From a virus, in the IMG/VR virus record IMGVR_UViG_3300045988_066337: 53,192 nucleotides of DNA; one strand, written 5' to 3'. This document shows positions 43,304-52,296 of this stretch, piece by piece. A program made the translations under genes and the position numbers. Positions within the stretch are counted from its first letter, which is position 1. The number at the start of each line of letters is the position of its first letter. The notes under the pieces were generated by a model. It searched no databases and was not told where the DNA came from. It worked only from the letters and a program-made list of their open reading frames with translations.

Positions 43304-44575
43304 TTATTGTCCTTTTCTTTTCCACACAGGCTCCATTGCATATCTAACCATGTCTATACTGTGATTATCTTTATCCGGCACATTAGAAGTTGCTTGCCCG
43401 TCTGGTGTGAGTTCATATTCATATTCATTGAATTCTTTTGCTGTTTCTGGACACCTTGTGGGATCTATAACTATAGCTACTAAAGATTGTAACCACTTTA
43501 TTCCATACCGTACAGAATCCGGGCCTTTTTGAGCATCCCTTGCATCTGCACCATAACTTCTATAGTCAGCAACGGATTTATGTTCTGCAGAATCACATAT
43601 AATCCTATCGTGTAATCCTACACCTTTTTCATCCCTTAAATATTTCCAGGTATCTCTGTTACTTGTTTTCCATGTTCTGTATTCATCAAATATATACAAT
43701 ATTTGTCTATTAGAATCAAAATGCATTTTACCCCAGTGAAATGGATCCGGATACCAACCCCAGTCAATTCCCATATGAATATGATCAAACCACTTAATTT
43801 CCTGATCTGTAATTGTTTCCAATCTTATATTATCAAATACATTAGTACCATTACCAATAACTTCTCCAAGATACTCATGTTTATAACCATCTGGATTTAT
43901 TTGCTTCATCCAGTTAGCATCATCTATAAACTGTCTTCCTAACCACCTTCTTGGAGCTTGTAAATAAGTAGTATGTGATGTATATGTATCAGGTTTATTC
44001 TTCTCAACTTCCATATAAGAATTAGCCCAGTTAGTTCTGGACTTAGGTGGGTTCATTGATTTAAATACGAAAAACTTATTTCCACCTCTTACGACAGACT
44101 GTTGAGTTTTTCTTATTTCTTCTTCTCCTAAATATTCATCCAATTCTTCGAACCACAGGTATTTTATATATCCGAATGGAACTTTTATGGATTTTGATTT
44201 AGCAGCTTTATCCAAACCTTTAAAAAGAATAACCTGTCCTGTAGGTAAATATGTGATTTTCTTAGGACTAGTTGTAAATTTCCATTGATCTACCACATTG
44301 AGCTTCTCAATGCACCATTGAATTTGTGCATACACAGAAGTATCTAAAGTATCTCCGACTTTTCTATAACAAACGGCATTAGCATCAGGATCACTCATTA
44401 TACCCAGAACAATTTCAAATCCTATAACGGAAGATTTTAAAGAACCTCTTCCACCCATAAGATTATAATATGTGTGCTTTTCATTTATAATATCCCAGTG
44501 CATATCATAAAATGCGGAACCTATACAATCTGTTAATTTGACTTCTATATCATCTGTACGTTTACTACCAAACAT
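43304..44575 (-). CDS. terL: Terminase large subunit (PBSX/XtmB-like, headful type)
   Basis: Walker A LMGGRGSLKSS; nuclease-domain Asp residues (GIDWGWYPD, ICDSAE). Confidence 0.85.
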   Translation of the reverse strand: MFGSKRTDDIEVKLTDCIGSAFYDMHWDIINEKHTYYNLMGGRGSLKSSVIGFEIVLGIMSDPDANAVCYRKVGDTLDTSVYAQIQWCIEKLNVVDQWKFTTSPKKITYLPTGQVILFKGLDKAAKSKSIKVPFGYIKYLWFEELDEYLGEEEIRKTQQSVVRGGNKFFVFKSMNPPKSRTNWANSYMEVEKNKPDTYTSHTTYLQAPRRWLGRQFIDDANWMKQINPDGYKHEYLGEVIGNGTNVFDNIRLETITDQEIKWFDHIHMGIDWGWYPDPFHWGKMHFDSNRQILYIFDEYRTWKTSNRDTWKYLRDEKGVGLHDRIICDSAEHKSVADYRSYGADARDAQKGPDSVRYGIKWLQSLVAIVIDPTRCPETAKEFNEYEYELTPDGQATSNVPDKDNHSIDMVRYAMEPVWKRKGQ

Positions 44576-44611
44576 TATATTCCTCTCTAAAAATCTTAGC
44601 TAGCCCACACT

Positions 44612-44923
44612 TTAATCGATAATAAAATAGAGATAGCGCCCACTATTAAAATCCCTTTTAAACTGTGTTAAGAATAAAGGGTTAAGATCATATTTGTCAA
44701 TGAGTTCCTGCACCTCACTATATTTGATTGTGTAGGGTTCTTCTTCTGTTTTGTAAATATCATCATAGTCTTGAATTTGTAAATAATGATTTAAGGATAA
44801 AAGCTGTTTACCGTGTAGTGGTCTGGTTCTATTTGTAAATAGGTCAAACATATATACAGTACCTTTATTTTGTAATGTATTTAATATAGTATATATATTA
44901 TTTAATTGTGTAATATTTTTCAT
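44612..44923 (-). CDS. Hypothetical protein inserted between terS and terL
   Basis: 103-aa ORF, ATGA-coupled to terS. Confidence 0.5.
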   Translation of the reverse strand: MKNITQLNNIYTILNTLQNKGTVYMFDLFTNRTRPLHGKQLLSLNHYLQIQDYDDIYKTEEEPYTIKYSEVQELIDKYDLNPLFLTQFKRDFNSGRYLYFIID

Positions 44924-45321
44924 TTTCCCGCCTCCGGTTTTGGTATATCATTTACTATTGTTACTTTAGCTTCTACTGATGTATTAGTGAATACTCTTTT
45001 AGCTAATTCCGCCGCTGCTTTTGTTCTTTCTTGTAATGATGGATCTAAATCAAATTGATCTCTTTCTTCCCCCCTCATTACCCTTGTATAGTACTCTAAA
45101 ATTTCATCAGTATCCGCAATTTTTTTACGATTTCTTGCATCCATTCTTTCCTGTATATACTTGCGAATCTTTGGAGATTTCAACATTTGACAACCCTGTA
45201 CCCCTGCATTTTTTGCTTTATATCCTGCGTCTAATGCGGCTTGTGTTGCATTCTGGTGTTGCAAATAATTTTCGGCAAAATCGAATTGACGCTGAGTTAA
45301 ATAATCCGGCTTAACTGGCAC
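44920..45321 (-). CDS. terS: Terminase small subunit
   Basis: LTQRQFDFAENYLQHQNATQAALDAGYKAKNAGVQGCQMLKSPKIRKYI (Terminase_2 HTH). Confidence 0.8.
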   Translation of the reverse strand: MPVKPDYLTQRQFDFAENYLQHQNATQAALDAGYKAKNAGVQGCQMLKSPKIRKYIQERMDARNRKKIADTDEILEYYTRVMRGEERDQFDLDPSLQERTKAAAELAKRVFTNTSVEAKVTIVNDIPKPEAGK

Positions 45322-45325
45322 AATT

Positions 45326-45637
45326 TTATACCTCTCTTTCTTTCTTAAATTTAGTCTCGGCTATTGTTTTCTCTATCTGATCTATAAGTGTATGATCTAC
45401 ATCATTCAGCTGTTTATTTATGTGCTTTATAATATTCAAAATTTGTGCAAGATTTTTTATCACAACAATTTTATTACCAGCTCTGAATAATACCTTATTT
45501 TTATGTCTTACAGATGTCATTGTTACAAAGCAATCTTTGTCTTGATTATAAAATTGTGAATAAGAAATAGAAACAATAAATCCTTGTTGCTTTAAAGCTA
45601 ATTGTAATTTTCTAATGGTTGAATTATAATTCGGCAT
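45326..45637 (-). CDS. Hypothetical protein
   Basis: 103-aa ORF with GGAAGGA RBS. Confidence 0.55.
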   Translation of the reverse strand: MPNYNSTIRKLQLALKQQGFIVSISYSQFYNQDKDCFVTMTSVRHKNKVLFRAGNKIVVIKNLAQILNIIKHINKQLNDVDHTLIDQIEKTIAETKFKKEREV

Positions 45638-45710
45638 AATTAAAAATCCTTCCTATATCATAATAAAAGTATAATATAAAAAGGACTTTTTGTAAATTAT
45701 TTCTTAATTA

Positions 45711-45887
45711 CTAGTTAATAGGTTCTACGTAGGGTGTATCGTTATTTACAAAGTAGATTAGTTTTTTATGTCTGTTTTCTTGTTGCCATTTCTTAAGACA
45801 AGTTTTACCCATACCCAATTTTATTGAGGCTTCTGTCTTTAATTTACGCCCACATCTTTTACATGTGGTCTGTTCCAGCTCATTCAT
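45711..45887 (-). CDS. DUF6011-type zinc-ribbon protein
   Basis: CKRCGRKLKTEASIKLGMGKTCLKK; AGGAGGG RBS favours the ATG at 45887. Confidence 0.5.
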   Translation of the reverse strand: MNELEQTTCKRCGRKLKTEASIKLGMGKTCLKKWQQENRHKKLIYFVNNDTPYVEPIN

Positions 45888-45934
45888 TTTTAGTACCCTC
45901 CTGTGCATTTTCAGTTTTCTGCAATACTTGAGTT

Positions 45935-46732
45935 TTAGAACAAACTCCTTTCTATTATATCCTCGCCTCTAAGATCTTCCATCCAATTTTGTGGGATACT
46001 GTCAATTCCATATATTAATGCTGCACAAGCTCCAGTTAATGCTGCTATTGTATCCGTGTCCCCTCCTAGTTTAACTGCCTGCATTACAGCTAATTTATAA
46101 GAGTTGGTATGATATAAACACCACAACACACTATTCAACGTATCTACTACATAACCAGTAGATTTAATATTATCTACATGTTGATTCACTATATGTGAAC
46201 CATAATCATAAATTATGTTTTTTGCGTTATCAGGCCTTGCGCATAAGTCACGAACCATGCGTAAATATCGTTTACAAGCATAAATACATAATGGATGTGC
46301 ATGAGTTATACTAGAAATTGTTCCTGTATGGAACAAGCCATTTCGTATAAACGCTAATGGCAGTATTCTCATTAAGGACCCATTACCACAGCTATGCTCT
46401 GAACGTAGTCCGGCTCCTTTTTTTAGTGCTTGTAATGTTGTTGTACCAACATCAAACACTCTATTATTAATATAATATTTACCTTCTATGCAGTCTTTCA
46501 AATTGTTTAACACAGACTTGCGTCTGATTTTTCCGCCATCCTTTCTAATAGCATCACATGTGGCTAGCAATAAGGCAGTGTCATCCGACCATGTTCCTTT
46601 TGGTTGTGCCCATATGCCACCATCCGTCATATCCTCCTCTACATACACGCCTCTGTGGCAAAATTCATAAGGAACACCAAATGCGTCCCCCACTGCAAAA
46701 CCATAAACAGCTGTTTTTAATTTATCATTCAT
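45935..46732 (-). CDS. ADP-ribosylglycohydrolase (ARH/DraG family)
   Basis: VYGFAVGDAFGVPYEF, GTWSDDTALLLAT, GNGSLMRILP, LGGDTDTIAALTGA; AAAGAGG RBS favours the ATG at 46732. Confidence 0.8.
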   Translation of the reverse strand: MNDKLKTAVYGFAVGDAFGVPYEFCHRGVYVEEDMTDGGIWAQPKGTWSDDTALLLATCDAIRKDGGKIRRKSVLNNLKDCIEGKYYINNRVFDVGTTTLQALKKGAGLRSEHSCGNGSLMRILPLAFIRNGLFHTGTISSITHAHPLCIYACKRYLRMVRDLCARPDNAKNIIYDYGSHIVNQHVDNIKSTGYVVDTLNSVLWCLYHTNSYKLAVMQAVKLGGDTDTIAALTGACAALIYGIDSIPQNWMEDLRGEDIIERSLF

Positions 46733-46952
46733 ATAAGTACCTCTTTCCAACAGCACATTCCTCTTCAAACTCTGCGATCCTTTTCTCTTCCATCGCTGCG
46801 CGTCCAATCTCCACGATCATCTTCTTAGCACCAGCTTCTCCCAGCTTGTCTTTTGATATCACATAAATGTTCATCAGGATCAATGCGGTATCCGATAGGA
46901 TCTCAGCCAGATCGCCGGCTATTTTTGTGTCCCCGTTTTCTGTTTTAATCAT
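46725..46952 (-). CDS. Hypothetical protein
   Basis: GGAGGAG RBS before the ATG at 46952 (MIKTENGD...); GC-richer island. Confidence 0.5.
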   Translation of the reverse strand: MIKTENGDTKIAGDLAEILSDTALILMNIYVISKDKLGEAGAKKMIVEIGRAAMEEKRIAEFEEECAVGKRYLYE

Positions 46953-46975
46953 AGTTTTATTCTCCTCCTCCTTCC

Positions 46976-47236
46976 TTACCAAATTCGCTCCAAAGCTCTA
47001 ACAGGCTTCTTTGCCAGTTCGTCATATGTAAAATCATTTCGATCTTTCAGGATATCTTTGATCAGATCATCCTTATACGCTTTTAGCCTTACCTTTTCAG
47101 CATCCAATTTCTCAGCTTCTTCCTGATGTCTTTTTTCCTGATGTTTGAAATAGGTTTCTTTTTCCTGTGGGGTCAGCCCCAGTGTCATAGCATTGATATT
47201 CATCTTTCCTTCTCCCTTCATGAGCGGTTTTGCCAC
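46976..47236 (-). CDS. Hypothetical protein
   Basis: AGGAGG-7 nt-GTG start at 47236. Confidence 0.5.
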   Translation of the reverse strand: MAKPLMKGEGKMNINAMTLGLTPQEKETYFKHQEKRHQEEAEKLDAEKVRLKAYKDDLIKDILKDRNDFTYDELAKKPVRALERIW

Positions 47237-47238
47237 CC

Positions 47239-47430
47239 TTAAACCTCCTCTACGATCCCTTTGTATCCGTATGACGTCTCAAATTCCGCCCAGGATTTTT
47301 TATTGTTTCTAGTATACCAATGATTTCTATATACAAAATCACCGTCGGGATCAACCAATTTACGCAGTGCTTTTTTCATGCAACTAGCAGTAATGATTTC
47401 TGTGTTGCCTTTTATCCTGAATTTCCTCAT
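47239..47430 (-). CDS. Hypothetical protein
   Basis: AAAGGAGGAAATAAG-ATG at 47430 (MRKFRIKG...); the ORF-track start at 47487 lies upstream of the predicted TSS. Confidence 0.55.
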   Translation of the reverse strand: MRKFRIKGNTEIITASCMKKALRKLVDPDGDFVYRNHWYTRNNKKSWAEFETSYGYKGIVEEV

Positions 47431-47477
47431 CTTATTTCCTCCTTTATGTGTTTTGTTTTTCCTTAACTTATGTATAT

Positions 47478-47506
47478 ATTGTAACACATAAAGAATGAAA
47501 TGTCAA
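47478..47506 (-). promoter_or_regulatory. SigA-type promoter, TTGACA-17-TACAAT with TGT extended -10; heads the packaging/structural transcription unit
   Basis: Reverse complement reads TTGACA TTTCATTCTTTATGTGT TACAAT. Confidence 0.6.
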
Positions 47507-47518
47507 GAGCTTTGCAAT

Positions 47519-47551
47519 AAAAAAAAGACAGCCGCGAATCAAAGCTGTCTT
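47519..47551 (-). terminator. Rho-independent terminator after the clamp-loader operon (bidirectional shape)
   Basis: AAGACAGC...GCTGTCTT hairpin with a T8 run on the minus strand and a T5 run on the plus strand. Confidence 0.7.
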
Positions 47552-47622
47552 TTTCAAAGGAGCAAACAAAACAAAATATAGAGGTAATTGAACTTTGCAA
47601 AATTTAACGATTCGCTACTATA

Positions 47623-48570
47623 TTAAACCAAGCATCCTTGAATTAAATAGTCTAATGCTATAGTGTCACTTATTTTTCCAGTTTTGACACCGGTTTCAAC
47701 TTTTTGACACAATTTTATATTTCTTTCTAATGTTTTTACGCTGTACGCACCCATATTTTTAATGGCGTTATGAACTTCCCATCCTTGTAATCCAGTCCTT
47801 TTAGAAGCATCTTTTTTATTCTTACCTAATGATTGAACTGCAAGCATATTCCGAAACCCATTATACAGTACGGAGGCGATAAGCATAGGAGACTCACCTT
47901 TCCTTTTGGCTTCATCTAATTTTCTAAATGATTTATCAATGTCTCCATATAACACTGCGTCAGTTAATTCAAATGTTATATCTCCAATTTCTTTATAAAA
48001 GGCATTTTGTGCATCCATAATATCAAAGGCTTTATCAGGATCTTGTTCCTTGGAACTTATCATATAGCGATTAAGTTTATCCAATTCCAGCAACAACCGG
48101 CCATAATCGTTGTTACAATAATGTATAAGTTTATACCCGTTGTTGCTATTTATCGGCACAACTTTAAAAATATGCTGGTACAATATCTCATCAGTCAAGG
48201 GCTTAAACTCCACACAATATTTTTTATTGCGTGTATAAAATTTCTCATTCTTTTTAAGTTTGTCATACTTAAGTATGACAATATCCTTAGATTTAGAAAA
48301 ATAGTTAGACACATCCTCCCACTTTGATTCCATCTGCTTATAGGAATCGTCCCTATTTATGACGTATAACTTAGAAGAGGAATCGAGTGATTTTATTCCT
48401 CTTCTGCCATATACGTCCATCACAGATTGAAAAGAAGTACTAATATGCTGAGCAAAGCCTTTCAGCTTATCAAGATACACATTCAGGATACCTTGTTCTT
48501 CTCCGAATAAAATTAAAAAATGTGGTATATCATTTTTTGATATTCTTTCCATCAATTCTTTCAATTCCAT
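47623..48570 (-). CDS. holA: DNA polymerase III delta subunit-like (clamp loader)
   Basis: 315 aa; N-terminal FLILFGEEQGILNVYLDKL pattern; operon with the dnaX-like and holB-like genes. Confidence 0.55.
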   Translation of the reverse strand: MELKELMERISKNDIPHFLILFGEEQGILNVYLDKLKGFAQHISTSFQSVMDVYGRRGIKSLDSSSKLYVINRDDSYKQMESKWEDVSNYFSKSKDIVILKYDKLKKNEKFYTRNKKYCVEFKPLTDEILYQHIFKVVPINSNNGYKLIHYCNNDYGRLLLELDKLNRYMISSKEQDPDKAFDIMDAQNAFYKEIGDITFELTDAVLYGDIDKSFRKLDEAKRKGESPMLIASVLYNGFRNMLAVQSLGKNKKDASKRTGLQGWEVHNAIKNMGAYSVKTLERNIKLCQKVETGVKTGKISDTIALDYLIQGCLV

Positions 48571-48923
48571 TAGAACAATTTACCCCCTTTGTGTATTTTT
48601 ATTTTAACAGATTTTTTATCCGCTGTCAATATATGTGTTACAATATTATCCAAATATTTTTGATCATGTTCTGTGAGCCTGTAATACAAATCAAATCCGG
48701 TGTTACCCACAAAATCATAAAACACATATCCATACATAGTATCTTTAACATCTACGTGTTTCTGCAATTCCACCAGCTGTTTACACAATTCATCAAATTT
48801 AAGGTCTGACATTAAATTAGTATCACGATTATAATAAATAATACTATTTATTAAAACTTTACGCTGTAAGAACTCGACCTTGTCTATAATTGTCCACTTT
48901 CTAGGAAATGTCTGCATTTTCAA
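48570..48923 (-). CDS. Hypothetical protein between the delta-prime-like and delta-like genes
   Basis: 117 aa; INSIIYYNRDTNLMSDLKFDELCKQLVELQK resembles the YY..D.P.ISD.EYD.L motif of the LigA N-terminus (weak). Confidence 0.5.
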   Translation of the reverse strand: MKMQTFPRKWTIIDKVEFLQRKVLINSIIYYNRDTNLMSDLKFDELCKQLVELQKHVDVKDTMYGYVFYDFVGNTGFDLYYRLTEHDQKYLDNIVTHILTADKKSVKIKIHKGGKLF

Positions 48924-49701
48924 GCGCCTCCATTATGTTCATCAACATAACCTCAATACTGTATTTTTTATTAATTGAAGGAACTTTAAACTCTTTTTTA
49001 CATTTTTCGACTATGTCCAAAATATCCATATTACAATTACTCAAAAAATCCATTTCTATAAGCTTTCTAACAAATACTTGCATGAACAAGGTACAATCCA
49101 ATCTAGTGTTGTCTGCCGTCTTAGATCTTAAATTTGTGGTTGCTTTTAATAGCTTAGACCTCTTACAGTCCGTTAATGCTTCATAACAATCATTTACGAC
49201 GTTTTCAGCACTCTTAACATCCTCAAGTTTCCAAGTAATTATTTCACCGATATTTGTTGCGTATTTGAGAATTTTGTCATCATTACAAAATTGAGATAAT
49301 TCATTTAAAGAATAAGGTTCCATTTTAATATGTACTGCCCTACTCTCTAATGTTCCCAGCAAGTTAGAAATATCCTGAACTGTCATTATAAAATAAGCCT
49401 TATTAGGAGGTTCCTCAACCACTTTCAATAACGCGTTCTTAGCGGAGACATGCATATCATCCACATCTCTAAAAATGTAGACTGTTGGGTCTGTTATACT
49501 ATTAGCCATACTAATAATTTTATTCACACTCTCTTTTGAGTTATTTTCAGATATAACACCAGTACCTATTAACTTCACAATAATTTTAGACAATGTTAAC
49601 CTGCCAGACCCCACGGAACCCTCAATTATTATGAACCTAGGAATGGATCTGTTTATACGCCATTGCATAATAGTGCGTATATTATTGTGTTGCCCCACCA
49701 T
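48901..49701 (-). CDS. holB: DNA polymerase III delta-prime-like AAA+ clamp-loader subunit
   Basis: RFIIIEGSVGSGRLTLSK degenerate P-loop; LLKVVEEPP; SRAVHIKM (SRC-like). Confidence 0.6.
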   Translation of the reverse strand: MVGQHNNIRTIMQWRINRSIPRFIIIEGSVGSGRLTLSKIIVKLIGTGVISENNSKESVNKIISMANSITDPTVYIFRDVDDMHVSAKNALLKVVEEPPNKAYFIMTVQDISNLLGTLESRAVHIKMEPYSLNELSQFCNDDKILKYATNIGEIITWKLEDVKSAENVVNDCYEALTDCKRSKLLKATTNLRSKTADNTRLDCTLFMQVFVRKLIEMDFLSNCNMDILDIVEKCKKEFKVPSINKKYSIEVMLMNIMEALENADIS

Positions 49702-49704
49702 TTA

Positions 49705-50742
49705 CTACGCCTCCTCCTTATGTGCACAAAAGATTAATAAGGATGACTGAATAATCGTCTTAGGATCAGGATCCCACTTGATTCTGTAATCTAGTTCCAT
49801 TAAAAACTCTAACAGCTTGGGAATATTTTCACAATACGTGTTTCTTATATAATCCAAATGTTCGACATTTTTGTCTGTTTTAGGAATATTGATATAATCG
49901 AAATTTACAAGTAACATGTATGCCTGCACATCAAGAATAAATTTATAATAATCTCGTATAAATTGTTTAAGATCCTTACCTGAATTATAGACATTATTTA
50001 CAAATGTAAACACTCCAGAACTGTTCTTTTCCATTATAAAATACGTCAATTCAAACATAGATGCATAATCTTCCGCACCAATTATCTCAAGAACATTTTC
50101 CATGGTTATATCAGAGGTAATAGACATACACTTGTCAAGCAATGTGATAGCATCCCTCATACCTCCAGAACATACTTTTGCAATATACACAATAGCATCC
50201 GCTTCCACGTGAGCATCGGGCATCTCATGTGCTATAATAGTATTTAATCTATGTAGAATACCATTTGTACTTATCTTAGTAAACGTGTATCTCTGAACAC
50301 GAGACAAGATTGTAGCAGGTATCTTTTGTGGGTCTGTTGTACATAAAATAAAAATAGCAGTTTTAGGAGGTTCTTCTAACAATTTTAATAATGCCTGCCA
50401 CGCCCCAGAACTTAATGAATGACACTCATCAATTATAAATATTTTATAATCTCCGTCAATAGGCTTTCGTTTAGCATCTTCAATTATGGTACGAATATTA
50501 TCCACACCACTATTAGATGCTGCATCTATTTCAATGGGATTTCCTACGCCTTTATTTATCATTCCTGCAAAGATTCGAGCAGACGTTGTCTTACCTGTTC
50601 CTGCCGGGCCTGTGAATAAATATCCATGTTGAAATTCTCCAGTTTTAACCTGATTTTCTAAAATTTGTTTGATTATTTTTTGTTCCGTTAGATCGTCAAA
50701 TGTTTTGGGTCTATATTTGACTGCTAAAGATTGTTTTGCCAT
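49705..50742 (-). CDS. dnaX: DNA polymerase III gamma/tau-like clamp-loader ATPase
   Basis: KYRPKTFDDL, FTGPAGTGKTT, IFIIDECH, LLKLLEEPP, SRVQRYTF; start at the ATG at 50742 (MAKQSLAV...). Confidence 0.85.
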   Translation of the reverse strand: MAKQSLAVKYRPKTFDDLTEQKIIKQILENQVKTGEFQHGYLFTGPAGTGKTTSARIFAGMINKGVGNPIEIDAASNSGVDNIRTIIEDAKRKPIDGDYKIFIIDECHSLSSGAWQALLKLLEEPPKTAIFILCTTDPQKIPATILSRVQRYTFTKISTNGILHRLNTIIAHEMPDAHVEADAIVYIAKVCSGGMRDAITLLDKCMSITSDITMENVLEIIGAEDYASMFELTYFIMEKNSSGVFTFVNNVYNSGKDLKQFIRDYYKFILDVQAYMLLVNFDYINIPKTDKNVEHLDYIRNTYCENIPKLLEFLMELDYRIKWDPDPKTIIQSSLLIFCAHKEEA

Positions 50743-50743
50743 A

Positions 50744-51286
50744 TTACACTCCTTCCACATGTGTTGCTAACATGTCTGCATGATGTGTCCATAATACTGT
50801 AGTGTATTGTTTAACAGCTCCTGTATACGAAGACCATTGTTCGGAATCTGTAAAAGCACCCATGTGGTACACTATGCAAGCTAATTCTTCTTCTGTTAAT
50901 TTCAAAAACTGCGCCGCAATTATAGCGGATTTACTCCCATGTCCTTTAAATAGCGTATCCGTATTATACTCAAATTCATTTGCTACAGGATTAATTTTAA
51001 TGTAATTATCCATTTTACATAAATCATGAAATAGTCCTACAATCACAGGCGACTCTTGTCTTTGCCAAGCAATATTATTGTCCTCAGTTAGTTTAACTAA
51101 AAGGTCACAAACACATAAACTATGCTCAGCAAGTCCACCTTCATATGATCCGTGGTGTGTAGTAGACGCAGGGGCGTTAAAATACCCGTACAATGTTAAT
51201 TCCTGCACAATATGAGAAACATCAGAAATACCCACACGTTCTAACCTAGTTGTAACTTGCTCCTGTAACATTGACACGTTGTTCAT
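50744..51286 (-). CDS. HD-domain phosphohydrolase
   Basis: GLAEHS...GLFHDLCK...KGHG; AATAGGAGGATTAAT-ATG at 51286. Confidence 0.65.
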   Translation of the reverse strand: MNNVSMLQEQVTTRLERVGISDVSHIVQELTLYGYFNAPASTTHHGSYEGGLAEHSLCVCDLLVKLTEDNNIAWQRQESPVIVGLFHDLCKMDNYIKINPVANEFEYNTDTLFKGHGSKSAIIAAQFLKLTEEELACIVYHMGAFTDSEQWSSYTGAVKQYTTVLWTHHADMLATHVEGV

Positions 51287-51296
51287 ATTAATCCTC

Positions 51297-51968
51297 CTAT
51301 TTATTAATACATCCGCAACTATTACTCTCAGGGCACCTTCCCAAATACTCACATTTAGGCACCAAATAGCCTTCAACTATTGTTACCCACTCCTCAGAGT
51401 AATCACACAATTTTCTCCTTATAACATCAAATAATTCTCGGTACTCCCAGTAAGCTCTTCTGCACATCCTCTGATGCGACATTTCAATTAAGTTGCGCAA
51501 ATTTCTATGATCAACAATTTTTGTTTCCGTTCCCAATGGGTAAAACATCGCTATATCCTCTAATGGAATATTTTTAGTCTTTAAAAAACTTATAAATTTT
51601 GCATATTGCTTACCGAATTGCATCGTATATTCAAACGCATCTGGGTCGGATGTTATAGACTCAGGCAAAACAAAAGGTATATTACAGCCATAATTAACAT
51701 ATCTAGTACTTTCCTGGAGTCTTGTTGGGAGCCCTCCAATATGTGTATACCACTCTCTAATAACACGACTACTAACACCACTTATTTCCATATCCACTTG
51801 TACAAATTCAAAGGCTCTACCGTGATTAGATTTCAAACAATCCATACCCCTACGGAAATTTTTATCTGGGTCATCAACACAAGCATGCGTGCAGCATCCT
51901 GCTCGCCTGCCTATTAATGATATAGGATCTTTTGTTGTTTCTGGTAAAATTTTAACTTTAATCGTCAT
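51297..51968 (-). CDS. thyX: ThyX-like (Thy1 fold) protein with a divergent nucleotide-binding motif
   Basis: HGRAFEFV...REWYTHIGGLPTRLQESTRY aligns by eye to ThyX HE.PFEH...RQWFRHR......S.RY, with RHR replaced by THI. Confidence 0.55.
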   Translation of the reverse strand: MTIKVKILPETTKDPISLIGRRAGCCTHACVDDPDKNFRRGMDCLKSNHGRAFEFVQVDMEISGVSSRVIREWYTHIGGLPTRLQESTRYVNYGCNIPFVLPESITSDPDAFEYTMQFGKQYAKFISFLKTKNIPLEDIAMFYPLGTETKIVDHRNLRNLIEMSHQRMCRRAYWEYRELFDVIRRKLCDYSEEWVTIVEGYLVPKCEYLGRCPESNSCGCINK

Positions 51969-52296
51969 ATCTTCCTTCCTTCCAATTAACATAATCTATA
52001 AAATCATTTTCATTTAAAATATAATAATTATTACCATAAGGTTGAAATTGAAATGCTAGCACAGCATGGATTCTCCCTTGCTCATATGCCTGCTCCTGAG
52101 CCTTCATAAGCCATTCGTGGCGTATAGAAAAAGACAACTTTGGAGTGACAGGCGTTTTGGCTTCTATTAAAAAATTATCTGTTAAAATATCCCCCCCTCC
52201 AAACTTTGTACCACCACTATTAGGCTGCACTTCACCCCCTATCTTATAAGCTATGTGTAGCTCCTGATTACTAGAAATTATCTGTTTATTATTCAT
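51958..52296 (-). CDS. PD-(D/E)XK-type endonuclease (resolvase-like)
   Basis: GGDILTDNFLIEAKT (D...EAK core), 112 aa. Confidence 0.5.
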   Translation of the reverse strand: MNNKQIISSNQELHIAYKIGGEVQPNSGGTKFGGGDILTDNFLIEAKTPVTPKLSFSIRHEWLMKAQEQAYEQGRIHAVLAFQFQPYGNNYYILNENDFIDYVNWKEGRYDD

